This document shows positions 52,779-63,500 of a stretch of 64,000 bases of DNA, piece after piece. Each line of letters begins with the position of its first letter. Within the stretch, counting starts at the first letter, position 1. The stretch covers positions 1 to 64,000 of the IMG/VR virus record IMGVR_UViG_3300025141_000016; one strand, 5' to 3'. Both the position numbers and the translations under genes were made by a program. A model generated the notes under the pieces. The model saw nothing but the letters and a program-made list of their open reading frames with translations, was not told the DNA's origin and searched no databases.

Positions 52779-55700
52779 TTGCCCGTCTACCTCCCAGGAC
52801 TTACCTTCGGTGGCCTCGGCTATGGCGGGGCCTCTTACGGGTATTCCCCTTATGGGTCTGGGGTACATCCTCGACTTCCCGTCCCTACCACTGGGGGATA
52901 TGGCGGGGCACCCTACGGATTTTCGTCCTACGGCTCGGTAGACATTACCCCTCCTCGGGTCACGGGAGTCCAAGCCCTCGACGGCTACCGGGCAGAGGTG
53001 TTTTTCTCGGAGGAGATGGCCAATAACGCTGCTCTCGTAGCGGCAGGCTCCTATACTTTTGTGGCTGCCCATGGTGTAGCCATCACCGCTGTATCGGTGG
53101 CCAAGGGCACCAGTGGCTCCCATGGGGGGTACACATCAGTCATCGTGACCCACACAGGATCTACCCTGGGGGGTCAGTACACACTGACGGTGGCTGGGCC
53201 GACGGATATAGCGGGCAACCCTGTTGGACCGCCTCCCACAGACTCCGCTGCTTTCTATGCCTTTGGGGACACCGCAACGGTAGCCGCCTCTCTCCCATCG
53301 CCAGATGATGGTCGCACTGTCCGGTTGGACTTCACGAACTCTCTGGGTGCCGCCCAAGCGTTGCTGACAGAAGCCGAGTTCACCCCCGGTGTGGATGCCA
53401 CGGCTTCGTATGGGATCTCTACTTCGTATCCAGTGGCCCCCTTCATCGGGTCGGCCACACAGGATCCCGCAACTCTTTCGCGGGTGGACCTTGATGTTCA
53501 CCCCATGACTTCGACCACTTACACCGTTACCGCAGGTCCGAGTCTCGCGTACAAGTACCAGGGACTTCTCCTTCCCGACGATGACCCCACGTTCACTGGG
53601 GTCGAGATCGGTACGGGAACCAGTGTTGCCACCACCACTCATGGACTCTTGCTCACCAAGGGAGCAGCGGTTCAATACGGTTGGGGGTTCGGGGACACGA
53701 CTGGGCGGATGATCACAGGGACGACGTTCCAGGCAGGGTTCACTTTCGACCCTACGTCGGCAACGATCACCCCGGCTGTCCTCAACTCCACCTTGGCGAC
53801 CCTTTCCGTCTCGGACGGCGTGGTGCAGATCAACCTGACCCTATCGGATTCCGGTGGGGTCAAGGTGATTGGCATCTCTTCCGGGGCCTATACCGCTTCG
53901 GTTGCAGCGGCCTGGGACACGGGTGAGCACTCGGTCGTTCTGATCCGCAACCAGAGGGGCACTTTCTATACCGTCCTATTTGACGGTGAACCTCTCCATA
54001 CTTTTTCTTCCACCACGCCGGGGCTTGGACCTGCCGCCGACCCAGCGGGGACAGCGTTTGTCCTCTCCCCTGCCCATTCGGTGTCCCTGTTCAAGTTGAA
54101 GAGAGTGGGGCTGACAGCCACCACCACCTTGTTTACGAGTGCGTGGAACTTCATCCATGGGCTTCCTGTTTCCTTCACCGGGTCAGACGTTCTGACCGGA
54201 GATCGGATCAAGACTCACTACGGTCCTCTCGTCCGAGGCTGGGGTGACGCGACCCCAGCCACGAAGGAGGATGTGGAAGTCCGCTTGGATGGCGGGACCA
54301 TCGAGATCGCTGGGGTCAACCCCTACGTCGGAGAGATTTACCCGGTGCCCCCCATCCCCCTGGCTGCGGGGCCGATGGCTGCATCGGGGACCATCGAGAT
54401 CGGGCCGGGGCAGCCGGTTGCAGGTGCCGCCCAGATCACCGTGAACAGCGTGACCCTACAGGAAGGCGTTGGGGTGGGGTGGGCGAACGGAGTCAGCATC
54501 ACGGCCACGGCTACTGCCATCGCAGCGGCGGTCGTTGCTCATTGTGGGTGCCAAGCAGTCGGTGTGGGGAACGTGGTGGAGATCACCGCTCTCTCTACCG
54601 GGGTGGCTGGGAATCTTATCGGTCTGGCCAACACCAGCGGTGACCCCAACGTCGTGGTATCAGGGGTGTTCCTCGCGGGTGGGGTGGATGGGTTCGCCGT
54701 AGAGGTGGACTACATCTGGTTCGTCAACCCAGCGATGGAAATGTCGGGGTTGAACACGAGGGGTCTGACGCTCAACACCTGGGATCGTGCCGTGGGGCAC
54801 ACGGCAGGCGATGTGTCTCCGCTACCAGATGGAAGCACAGGCACTACCAAGACCAATCGGTTCCCCATGGGGGTCGCTCTCGGCCCTTATGAGCGCAAGT
54901 CCCCCAAGAGGATCGCCCACAAGTACATCGGTTGGCAGATGGACTACTCGGCGCTCACCAACCAGCCGACGACCCTCCTGCTCAACCAGAACCCCCATGC
55001 GATCTCCGTGGGTGCTCTTTCTGTTGATGCTTTGAGCGACATAGGAATCTATGACGGGCAAGTCTCTCCCCCCAATGCCCCGACCCCCTGGCAACTGGAC
55101 GGGGTTGACACGGGGCACTCCATGGGGGATGGCACCTATTCCTTGGTGGACGCTTCTACCGGCCCTTATGGCATTGGAACCGCCGCTTTCTACAAGCGAG
55201 AGGCAGACCTCTCGATCACCACATCAGTCACAGACACCGCTCGTTTCCGTGTTGTGTCTTACGTCGCGGACGGGGTGTTCACAGGCGTTGCCTTGGGCCT
55301 CCATGATGGGGCGCATCTTGTCCTCGTTGGAGCCTTGGTCATTGATGGTGTGTCTCATGTGGGTGTCCTGCTTGATGCCACGAAGGCGCACTTGGAGGAG
55401 GGGTGGGAAGTTGGGCCGTCCGTCACAGGTACAGGCACATCCCAGACCACCTTTACGGTGCCTTATGCGGATCTGCCGTCAGGAATCGAGTCAGGGGACC
55501 GTTTCCGTATTGCGTCTGGGACGCAGGCGGGGGTTTACACCATCGCAGAGTGCGGGCTTGATCTGGACTCCGACACTCTCGACGTTGAAGTCACGATAAC
55601 AACTTCCTTCCCCGCCAACGTCACGGAATACGGCTCGGGCTCCTTCAAGGTGTACTTTGAGACTCCTTGGGCCACCGACCTCATCTCTTTCCGCCTCTAC

Positions 55701-58700
55701 TGTGATTTTCCCACTGGGTCGGCACAGGCACACCTGGGAGGAGGTATTGCGGGGCTCATCGCGGATGTGGCCGAGGTCGCTCCTTTCCCAGCCCAAAGCG
55801 CCCTCCTCCTCCCCGCAACCGAGAAAGGGGTTCTCTTTTGGGGAAGTGTGTCCCGTCGGGCCACGTCCACTTCGATCTGGGATCTGACCCAATACTCCGT
55901 CACCCCTGCCCTACAGAAGTATACGGCACAGGGCATCACGGCTCTCACCGAGATGGGAACGCTGCCCCAGGATGACCCGAACGATCCTTGGTACATCATA
56001 GGAGACTTCGGCTACGCAGAGGTGGATGCCAGTGGTGACCATGTGCTTCTCAAAAGCACTTCCGGGGACACCTCCATCCCCTTGCAGTTTGCCTACGAGC
56101 GAGTTGAGCCCTTCCTGACCTCCAAGGTCAGGACTGATTCGGAGGCTACCTTCAGGGTGGAGTCCGGCATTCTGGGGGCTGGAGATGCCACCTTCCGCCT
56201 CCGAGATGGGCAACGAGAAGTCCTCGTCAACACGCTGATTTATCTCCAGACAGGGGGGAACCCCAACGAGTTGCTTCCTGTGCGGCCCAACGTCTCTCTG
56301 TCGGGGCTCCAGGCACCCGCGAGTGCGGGATGGTTGGCATCGAACATCAACTCGGTTCCCAACCCCTTTGTGCGTGGGCAAACCCTCCAGTTCACCAAAG
56401 CCACGGGGCAGGTGGCCGAGTGGACCAACACAGGAGTTGATCCACTCCCCTATGTGGATGAGGGGGCGATCATCGAGGGAAGGTTCTCGGTCGAGAGCCA
56501 TACCGTTGGGAGCTACGGGATCGGTATCGCTTTGGGGGGTAGCTTCCGTCTTCCAGCCAGCGTAGTAGAGCGCAAAGTAGTTCTGACCCTGGGCACAGGC
56601 ACCGTTGATCTACGGGACCGCGACGGTGTGTTGGTACAGTCCTTTGCTTATGCCTGGGACGACAAAGCAGCCCACACTTATCGGGTGCTGTGTGATCCTG
56701 TCGCAGACCTCGTGGTCCTTGTCATTGATGATGTGGTGGTTGGCTCAACCCCGATGGTGGGGTTCTCCCAGCTTGCCGTGGAAGCCCCCAACATTTACCT
56801 CACGGGCTTCCTGGGCTTCCTGGGGACGGGTGCGTGTGCGGTCACCCTTGGTTCCTTCCATGTGGTGCCTCTCCGGGCCGTAGCCCCAACAGGGACGAAG
56901 CTGGTTCGCACTTTCGGCGTGCTCCTCCGTGGAGGGGACGACACTGACCTTGACTCGTACCGCATCCCGCGTACAGACGGGACGACTCTCCCGAACTCCA
57001 ACCCCGCCGTCACGGTGGAGGAGATGGACTGGCGCGATCACTGTCGGGTTCGGGCTTTCCTTGACCCCACATGGGGCGTGTCGGTCTATCGACCGGATCT
57101 TCCGTTGCCCCCAGGGGCCTCCGAGGACTTCATCACAGAGACGACAGATCCATCGGCGGCTTGGATCAATGTCGAGTATCGCGATCTCCCGTCCTATGAG
57201 GCAGCCCGTGGATCAGTAACCTTTGGGGCACTCAACCGTAAAGCCATCACCCAGCAAAGATGGGCTTCGGTTCGTTACCGGATTCGGGGAGCCGCAGATG
57301 GCTTCGGGGTCGCCCCGCAAGGGATGGTCCTCAACCAAGCCGTCACGCTGACCTCCGGCGAGTACAACCTCGATGCCACCCCAGAGACAAGGGTGATCAC
57401 ATCGAGGTCACCGTACTCTGTCTACATCCCAGACAGTGCCATCTACGCTGATCGGGTGTTCGTCGTCCAAGTGGATGGGAGCATCGTTGCACCGGCAGAT
57501 TGGGACTTCGACAGTGATACGCAGTATCTAAAGTTTCAGTCCACGAGCCCTCTCCCTTCCGATGAGCACGCCGTCACCGTCACCTTTGTCGTCGGGAAGC
57601 CTGTCACCAAGACCTATCTCTGCTCCCAGCCCATTGATGAGTCGGTCACGGTGCTCAACGAGGGAACTCCCCCCATCCCGACGGGTCGGGATGAGGCTGT
57701 TACTCGTGCGGTGGAGGCAGGCAGCGAGATCAATGACCCAGCGGATGTGCTGGACTCTGCGGAGTCAATGGTCCTCAATGACCCGTACCGCGTTGTCACC
57801 TTCACCGAAACGGAAGAGTCCCTTTACGCGGACCTCCAGTTTTGTGAGACGGAAGACGGGGAGAGTGTCCATCTCTCCACCATCTGCGATGGTCCGGGTC
57901 CGGGTGCAGGGCTCTCCCACATCGGGATAGACGGCCATTTCACTGTCGATGACTTCACCGTCCCCGAAGGCCCAGCCGGTCCTTGGGGTGGGTCTTCCCC
58001 CGTCTTCAAGGGATCGTCCACGCACTTCGACCCTGCTACGGTTCTCGTCGCGTCAGGCGGGTTCGTCCTGGGAGGGAACCTCGGGCCGGGTACGGCGATT
58101 TTGTACCCCAACCAGCGCGGTCCTTCCGGGCTGCCGCCCGAGGGGGGGATGGGGATCAATCAAGATTTCGTCCTGCGTCTGGAGGATGTGACTCCCCGCG
58201 AGGAAGACCTCGCCATCCAGACTCTCCTCGGGGACAACGTACCTCCCACCTACGCTGACCCCACGATAGATCCGAACCCCGATGGAGTCCCTACGGGGAA
58301 CGGCCACGGGGCTTGCGCCTATACGATGGTGGACCGCGCTACCGTGAATGTCTCGCGTCTGGGACCATGGGGTGCCAACACATGGTTCGGGGTGGTCACT
58401 GTTCTCAACAATGCTGCCATCGTGGCAGGGGACACCATCACCTTCTCGGGCCTTCCCCTTACTGCTTCTGCGGCCCCTGGAACAGACGAGTTTCTGATTG
58501 GGGCCGATGCTGCGGAGACGGTGGCAAACATCCGAGATGCGGTCAACGACACCTCAAACAGTTTTGTGGGCCTGTGCCATGCCCAAGTAGATGCACCCCC
58601 TACGACCAATCAAGTGAGTATTTCATCGGCACGAGAGCTTACCTTCGCCCTAAGCAACGGGGTTGCTTTCCAACCCAACCCTGCGACCGGGTTTTTCAGC

Positions 58701-58820
58701 AAACGGTCCCTCCTGGGAGGGGGCGCACAACTGGACGGGTTCCAGTTCATTCTCGTTGGCGGCAGCCAACTTCCCACCACTACCGTTGTGACCAGCGGGT
58801 ACATCAGATCCGCCAACTGA
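52779..58820 (+). CDS. Large baseplate wedge/tail structural protein
   Basis: 2013 aa, TTG start with RBS AAGGAG. GYGGxxYGxSPYG repeats, Ig-like DITPPRV..VFFSEEM and lectin-like segments. Exact role uncertain. Confidence 0.65.
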   Translation: MPVYLPGLTFGGLGYGGASYGYSPYGSGVHPRLPVPTTGGYGGAPYGFSSYGSVDITPPRVTGVQALDGYRAEVFFSEEMANNAALVAAGSYTFVAAHGVAITAVSVAKGTSGSHGGYTSVIVTHTGSTLGGQYTLTVAGPTDIAGNPVGPPPTDSAAFYAFGDTATVAASLPSPDDGRTVRLDFTNSLGAAQALLTEAEFTPGVDATASYGISTSYPVAPFIGSATQDPATLSRVDLDVHPMTSTTYTVTAGPSLAYKYQGLLLPDDDPTFTGVEIGTGTSVATTTHGLLLTKGAAVQYGWGFGDTTGRMITGTTFQAGFTFDPTSATITPAVLNSTLATLSVSDGVVQINLTLSDSGGVKVIGISSGAYTASVAAAWDTGEHSVVLIRNQRGTFYTVLFDGEPLHTFSSTTPGLGPAADPAGTAFVLSPAHSVSLFKLKRVGLTATTTLFTSAWNFIHGLPVSFTGSDVLTGDRIKTHYGPLVRGWGDATPATKEDVEVRLDGGTIEIAGVNPYVGEIYPVPPIPLAAGPMAASGTIEIGPGQPVAGAAQITVNSVTLQEGVGVGWANGVSITATATAIAAAVVAHCGCQAVGVGNVVEITALSTGVAGNLIGLANTSGDPNVVVSGVFLAGGVDGFAVEVDYIWFVNPAMEMSGLNTRGLTLNTWDRAVGHTAGDVSPLPDGSTGTTKTNRFPMGVALGPYERKSPKRIAHKYIGWQMDYSALTNQPTTLLLNQNPHAISVGALSVDALSDIGIYDGQVSPPNAPTPWQLDGVDTGHSMGDGTYSLVDASTGPYGIGTAAFYKREADLSITTSVTDTARFRVVSYVADGVFTGVALGLHDGAHLVLVGALVIDGVSHVGVLLDATKAHLEEGWEVGPSVTGTGTSQTTFTVPYADLPSGIESGDRFRIASGTQAGVYTIAECGLDLDSDTLDVEVTITTSFPANVTEYGSGSFKVYFETPWATDLISFRLYCDFPTGSAQAHLGGGIAGLIADVAEVAPFPAQSALLLPATEKGVLFWGSVSRRATSTSIWDLTQYSVTPALQKYTAQGITALTEMGTLPQDDPNDPWYIIGDFGYAEVDASGDHVLLKSTSGDTSIPLQFAYERVEPFLTSKVRTDSEATFRVESGILGAGDATFRLRDGQREVLVNTLIYLQTGGNPNELLPVRPNVSLSGLQAPASAGWLASNINSVPNPFVRGQTLQFTKATGQVAEWTNTGVDPLPYVDEGAIIEGRFSVESHTVGSYGIGIALGGSFRLPASVVERKVVLTLGTGTVDLRDRDGVLVQSFAYAWDDKAAHTYRVLCDPVADLVVLVIDDVVVGSTPMVGFSQLAVEAPNIYLTGFLGFLGTGACAVTLGSFHVVPLRAVAPTGTKLVRTFGVLLRGGDDTDLDSYRIPRTDGTTLPNSNPAVTVEEMDWRDHCRVRAFLDPTWGVSVYRPDLPLPPGASEDFITETTDPSAAWINVEYRDLPSYEAARGSVTFGALNRKAITQQRWASVRYRIRGAADGFGVAPQGMVLNQAVTLTSGEYNLDATPETRVITSRSPYSVYIPDSAIYADRVFVVQVDGSIVAPADWDFDSDTQYLKFQSTSPLPSDEHAVTVTFVVGKPVTKTYLCSQPIDESVTVLNEGTPPIPTGRDEAVTRAVEAGSEINDPADVLDSAESMVLNDPYRVVTFTETEESLYADLQFCETEDGESVHLSTICDGPGPGAGLSHIGIDGHFTVDDFTVPEGPAGPWGGSSPVFKGSSTHFDPATVLVASGGFVLGGNLGPGTAILYPNQRGPSGLPPEGGMGINQDFVLRLEDVTPREEDLAIQTLLGDNVPPTYADPTIDPNPDGVPTGNGHGACAYTMVDRATVNVSRLGPWGANTWFGVVTVLNNAAIVAGDTITFSGLPLTASAAPGTDEFLIGADAAETVANIRDAVNDTSNSFVGLCHAQVDAPPTTNQVSISSARELTFALSNGVAFQPNPATGFFSKRSLLGGGAQLDGFQFILVGGSQLPTTTVVTSGYIRSAN

Positions 58821-58832
58821 TGAGGAGGCCCC

Positions 58833-58967
58833 ATGGACTTTGATTTCTCAACTGACTCCCCCGATCTCGGTACGATCTTCGCCTACGTCTTGGGGCTTCC
58901 CCCCAAAGAGGGGGGCGCGTCCCCCCATGGGTTCGTCGTGGTTGAGCCCTTTCCTTTTGAGGGCTGA
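58833..58967 (+). CDS. Small hypothetical protein (44 aa), absent from the ORF track
   Basis: RBS GAGGAGG. MDFDFSTDSPDLGTIFAYVLGLPP... Confidence 0.5.
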   Translation: MDFDFSTDSPDLGTIFAYVLGLPPKEGGASPHGFVVVEPFPFEG

Positions 58968-58971
58968 ACGC

Positions 58972-59008
58972 AAAAAACCCCCACCCGGCGTGAGCCAGAT
59001 GGGGGTTT
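58972..59008. terminator. Bidirectional terminator
   Basis: AAAAAACCCCCACCCGGC-GTGA-GCCAGATGGGGGTTT between convergent units. Confidence 0.65.
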
Positions 59009-59065
59009 AGGGTTGGGGTTAGGAAATAACCGCTCTACTTCAGATGTGGTCGGCCACCCACTCCA

Positions 59066-59404
59066 TCACCCAGCCCCGCGCAAGAGGTGGTTGCGGAGAG
59101 ATTCGGCTACCAGATTGGGGAGGAGTGCAACCAGGGTTCCATCACCAGCTAACCCGTGATGCTCCCCCCCAACCCACTTCACGGATCGGATTTCGCAGAA
59201 GGGTGGGGGGAGGTGTGCGAGGGGATTCTCCCCGCCCCTTATTTCTCGGTGGCCGCATACGTTGGGGGTTGTGGCTTGTGTGACCACGGGGGGCGTGGGG
59301 GGCGCTGTGTTGGCAAACAGGGCCAGGAACCCCATCATCTCTTTGTGCTCTTGGGGGGATAGGTCAGAACAACCGGCTCCGACGGCGGGGACTCCTTTTG
59401 ACAT
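59066..59404 (-). CDS. Possible hypothetical protein
   Basis: Fills the minus-strand island; weak support. Confidence 0.3.
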   Translation of the reverse strand: MSKGVPAVGAGCSDLSPQEHKEMMGFLALFANTAPPTPPVVTQATTPNVCGHREIRGGENPLAHLPPPFCEIRSVKWVGGEHHGLAGDGTLVALLPNLVAESLRNHLLRGAG

Positions 59405-59430
59405 GATGGGTTCCGTGGTGGTGGGGAGGT

Positions 59431-59637
59431 TTAGCGGCCCGTTTCATCGACCCCGGACTCAACCAGGGAGTGCGCTAACGCTTCCTCTGCTTCGGTCAGG
59501 ATGATCTCATTTCCATATTCATCGAGGATGTGGGTGATGGCCCACCTTCCTTCAAGGACGAAGGCTACGGTAATGTCCATATCGCTCTTGTCAGGTAGAG
59601 AGCGATGGATGCTCACAGTTCGGATTTCGGGGTCCAT
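59431..59637 (-). CDS. Small hypothetical protein
   Basis: 68 aa, with AAGGAAGG upstream. Confidence 0.6.
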   Translation of the reverse strand: MDPEIRTVSIHRSLPDKSDMDITVAFVLEGRWAITHILDEYGNEIILTEAEEALAHSLVESGVDETGR

Positions 59638-59699
59638 GGATGTTCCTTCCTTTTACTTTATCGGTTCCTGGCTTTCTTCCGGGCTTTCCGGCGTTGGGA

Positions 59700-60203
59700 T
59701 CAGTTGCCTTTGCTGGGGAGGGGCCTTTGTTGAGCCCCTTCGCTGTGGGGGGTGGAAACCACATCTCTGCCGTAGAAGTATCCGATAGGGATCATCGCGG
59801 TTTCCCACGATGCACTGTCGGGGTATCTCGGATCGAAGTCATCAGGGACGAAGGTGAAGAGGTGGTACTGGTTGCAGGAGTCCACAAGCCTGGATTCAGC
59901 GGGGAAAATCTGGATGGACTCGGCCTCGGGATGCACAAGTTCATTCTTGATGCGCTGGAAGTCGCGGAAATCCGTGATAGCGAGGTTGGAAACATGGCGG
60001 ATGGACAGATGAATGATGCGGGGGAACCCCGGACTCTGTTTCCTGGGGGGGTAGACATGGACGATATATCGACTGTTGCGGAAGACCGGAGCCCTCATCT
60101 CATCGGTACTTCTCCCGCCTGGAACCCATGGGGTCCACTCGTCTTCTTTGAGACGAACTTCAAGCCCGTCTTGGACGGATACGGTGGCGGTAGGCTTTCC
60201 CAT
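59700..60203 (-). CDS. Conserved phage protein (HLSI..FQRIKNEL..FPAESRLVD..NQYHL type)
   Basis: Recognisable widespread phage motif of unknown function. RBS AGGAG. Confidence 0.75.
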   Translation of the reverse strand: MGKPTATVSVQDGLEVRLKEDEWTPWVPGGRSTDEMRAPVFRNSRYIVHVYPPRKQSPGFPRIIHLSIRHVSNLAITDFRDFQRIKNELVHPEAESIQIFPAESRLVDSCNQYHLFTFVPDDFDPRYPDSASWETAMIPIGYFYGRDVVSTPHSEGAQQRPLPSKGN

Positions 60204-60230
60204 GATTCTCCTAAAGGGTCGGGGTGTAGC

Positions 60231-60259
60231 CCTATACGGAGAAGCACGGGGGAGTTGAA
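60231..60259 (-). promoter_or_regulatory. Sigma70-like early promoter, copy 3: TTCAAC-N17-TATAGG
   Basis: Minus strand GGGGGGTTCAACTCCCCCGTGCTTCTCCGTATAGG, upstream of ATG 60203. Confidence 0.7.
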
Positions 60260-60303
60260 CCCCCCTGGGAGCAAAAAGTTGAGGGGGGGTGGACTCTCCC
60301 CGT

Positions 60304-60318
60304 CGGTAGCCCCTCTAT
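60304..60318 (+). promoter_or_regulatory. Late-type motif
   Basis: CGGTAG CCCCT CTAT. Confidence 0.7.
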
Positions 60319-60343
60319 CGCCACTCCGTAGCTGGAGGCTCCT

Positions 60344-60490
60344 ATGGGATGCGGCTGCCGCAAGAACAAGAACGCGACCAAGAAAGCAAACGCTGGCAAC
60401 ACGTCTGCTCCGCGTATCAGGGTTGCGCGAACAACTCCTCGGGTGCCGGTCACTAAACGACTCCCCCGTGGAACGCGGGTGCGTCAATGA
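60344..60490 (+). CDS. Small basic MGCGC protein (48 aa), absent from the ORF track
   Basis: Late motif at 60304 and RBS GGAGG. MGCGCRKNKNATKK...RVRQ. Confidence 0.55.
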   Translation: MGCGCRKNKNATKKANAGNTSAPRIRVARTTPRVPVTKRLPRGTRVRQ

Positions 60491-60534
60491 TGTACCCACA
60501 CTTCCGGGTAGGGTAGCCCTTGATGGAGAGTTGA

Positions 60535-63500
60535 ATGGCCATCCGAGATAAATACTTTACTGGATCGACGGTTTCCCGGTATCTCTCACCAGGGGAGCAC
60601 TCCTGGGATGAGGCGGTGTACCAGAGCGGGAAGCCCGTGCTGGATGCCGAACTCAATCTTTCCCAGGAGATCAACCGAGAACTTCGCCGTCTGGTTCAGG
60701 ATCGAGAAACCCCCTCGGGTTTTCTACGGGGACCAGTGCCATTTGCCGAGGAGGGAGATTTCGACTTCCCTGCCCCGGTGGATGCCGACTTCGTGACCAA
60801 CGCCTTTTACATGAGTAAGCGGACGGCTCTTGTCGCCAACATGCCCATCACCGTTGAGTACACGGGCACGACAACCAAGGGACTCAACCTCATCCAGTTG
60901 GATTCAGCGCCGGTCAATGGGGGTGCTCCCCCCGATGTGAAGCGCACGGATTTCGTTTTTTTAGAGGTATTCCAGGCGCTTGTGAGCCATTCCCCTCACG
61001 CCTCTGGGACCATCTTGGTGATCCAGAACACCGTGACGGGCACCATCAACATCGGAGGGGTGAACCTCACCGATGCTGCTGGACCCCGCACCTCGGGGGC
61101 CAACGACTACAACGGTACGGGTCCAAATGCAGCCGCCATCGCGGCTGACATTCGTGATGCGATCAACGATGTGGCCAACGGGTTCGCGGCGACTGTGACC
61201 GCAGAGATCGATGTGACGACTGCGGAACAAGTCAACTTGCGGGCGACCGATGCTTTTGCTGGGGCTGCGGGCAACGCCGTCGTATTCAGCACAGCGGCAC
61301 CCGCAGACTTCACCCTCAACCCTCTGGGTGGGTTCCTCACGGGCGGTGTCGATACTCCCAACAAGCCAAGCCAGAGCACCATCTACCGGAACGGTAATGT
61401 GGATGCTCCGGCGGGTGTGAACTTGCTGGGAGCGATTGCTGACCCCACCATCGGAACCGAGTCCACCAAGCGTGTTCAGATCCAGTATCGGGTCCGAGCC
61501 ACTGGACAGGCCGAGGCAGTCAACTTCAAGACCGAAAACGGTTTCAGCAACCCGGAACTGGAAGCCCAGGGCACCCAGGCTATTCCTGTGAACCGATACC
61601 GGTTCATCCCGGCTGACGGGACAACAGTTCTGGCCTACGTTGAGATCAGCGGGGCCATGACAGCGGGCGACACCATCACCGTGAATGGCACCGTGCTGAC
61701 CGCTGTGAACGGCGCACCTGCCGCTGGTGAGTTCGACATTTCCTCTGGGGTTCCGGCCACCATGGCCACCAACCTCACAGCTACCATCACGGCATCGGTG
61801 GCAACCGTGGCAGCTTCGTCGGCCTCGGGGATCGTCACCATCGTTCCCGCTGTGGCTGGGACCAACGTCACCCTATCTCATGTGACGGTCGCTAATGTGG
61901 ACACCGCAGTCAACTCGGCTGTGTCCTATGACACCGTGGACAATGGGCTGTTCATCGCAGGAGATGGGACGGCACAGGCCGCCGCCGCCCTTGGAACGGT
62001 CACGGGCTACGTTTACGCCATCCCGATCTGCTTCATCTTCCGACGCAACGACGCGACTACTACCGGTGGCTTTGCGCCGGTAAACAACACCAATGGGGCT
62101 CTCGCAGCCACCCATGCGCTCTACACCAACACCAACGGCATCGGGTCCATCCCGGTGGATACGTCCGACCGGCCTGACCGCAACTTCCATGACGCTATCG
62201 TCAGGGGGGATCTTCTCGACCTACGGAGGCATGTCTCTCCCGGTGGTGTAGACCTCAAAGCCGAACTGGAATCCCAGATGACGGCGCTGCTTGACGGCAC
62301 TACTCGTACCTGGGCCATCGACACCCAAGGGGTCACCGAACTTGGCGGGGGTTCCGGGGATGTGTCCTCGGTTTACCTCGTCTGCAACGAGATCGGAGAC
62401 ACAGACACGGTGCGTGGGGAGACGATTGGGACTTGGGACCATATCCGTCGCCGCTTCGGTGACCAGTCAGTCGTGGAACGACGAATCTTCCCGATTATCC
62501 CTACCGCTGCCTCTGCTGCCAATCCGGGCCTCTTTATGAACCCCAGTGCAGCGGGGTGGGCACAAGGGTCGGTAATCAACATCGACTTGGACAATCTCGA
62601 TGCGACAGGTCTGGGGAACTGGGTTCCTACCGGGGCACCCGATTTCGTGACTAACCTGTGGCCTGTGGGAACCAAGATCACTAACGTCCTGGCGGTCACC
62701 CACGATGACGGGAACTATGGGGCTCCCATTTCACAGGACGTAGAGATTGACCTCATTCAAGGGATGGGGACACCCCACATCCAGATCACTTTGGCCGAGA
62801 ACATCCTCCAGGCCAACGGTGGGGTCAGTGGGGCAGCCAACTACGACCTATGCCCTCTTGCTGTGGGCACGTCCGCTCGACGCATCTATGTGGAGTTGGA
62901 GATCACCTATCCCGTTGGTTCCGGCTCCTCCGCAACCCCCGATGAGGTCATTTCGGCAGACCCGACCGTGACGATCTACCATGGCGCAGGCTTGGAGAAC
63001 GACACTTCCAAGCGACCTACCGATTGGGAAGACCTCATGGACCCGCAGTTCCGTACAGGGAAGCGGGAACTGGGGATGGAGTATGTGGCCAATGATGGGT
63101 TGACTGTTCCAGCTTCGGGGGATCCAATCTCTGACTCGGTGGTGAGCCAGACCGCTCTCCTATTGGAACTCCCTCGACGTTTGAACGGCAACAAGAGTGC
63201 CCTTACGACGGTCACCGAGGTCGGTAATCCTGGCCCTGCCATCAACCATCTGGTGGACGTAACCAGCACTTACTGGGGATCATCTTCCCGGCTCTTGCAA
63301 GTCCAGGCTGGCCTCACGGCAGCCCAGAGCCTCTGCAACATCGAATACTTTGCCCAAGATCCGGTCCCGAACTTCAGTAGCCCTGGCCCGCGCTATCAGG
63401 TCAGTGTTTATTACCGCTCCAATGCCCCCCAGACGGTAGGCGTGCAGGCGGGCGCTCCGGCGAGTATCCCACTTCCTGACCCGCTGACCCTACGTCCCCT

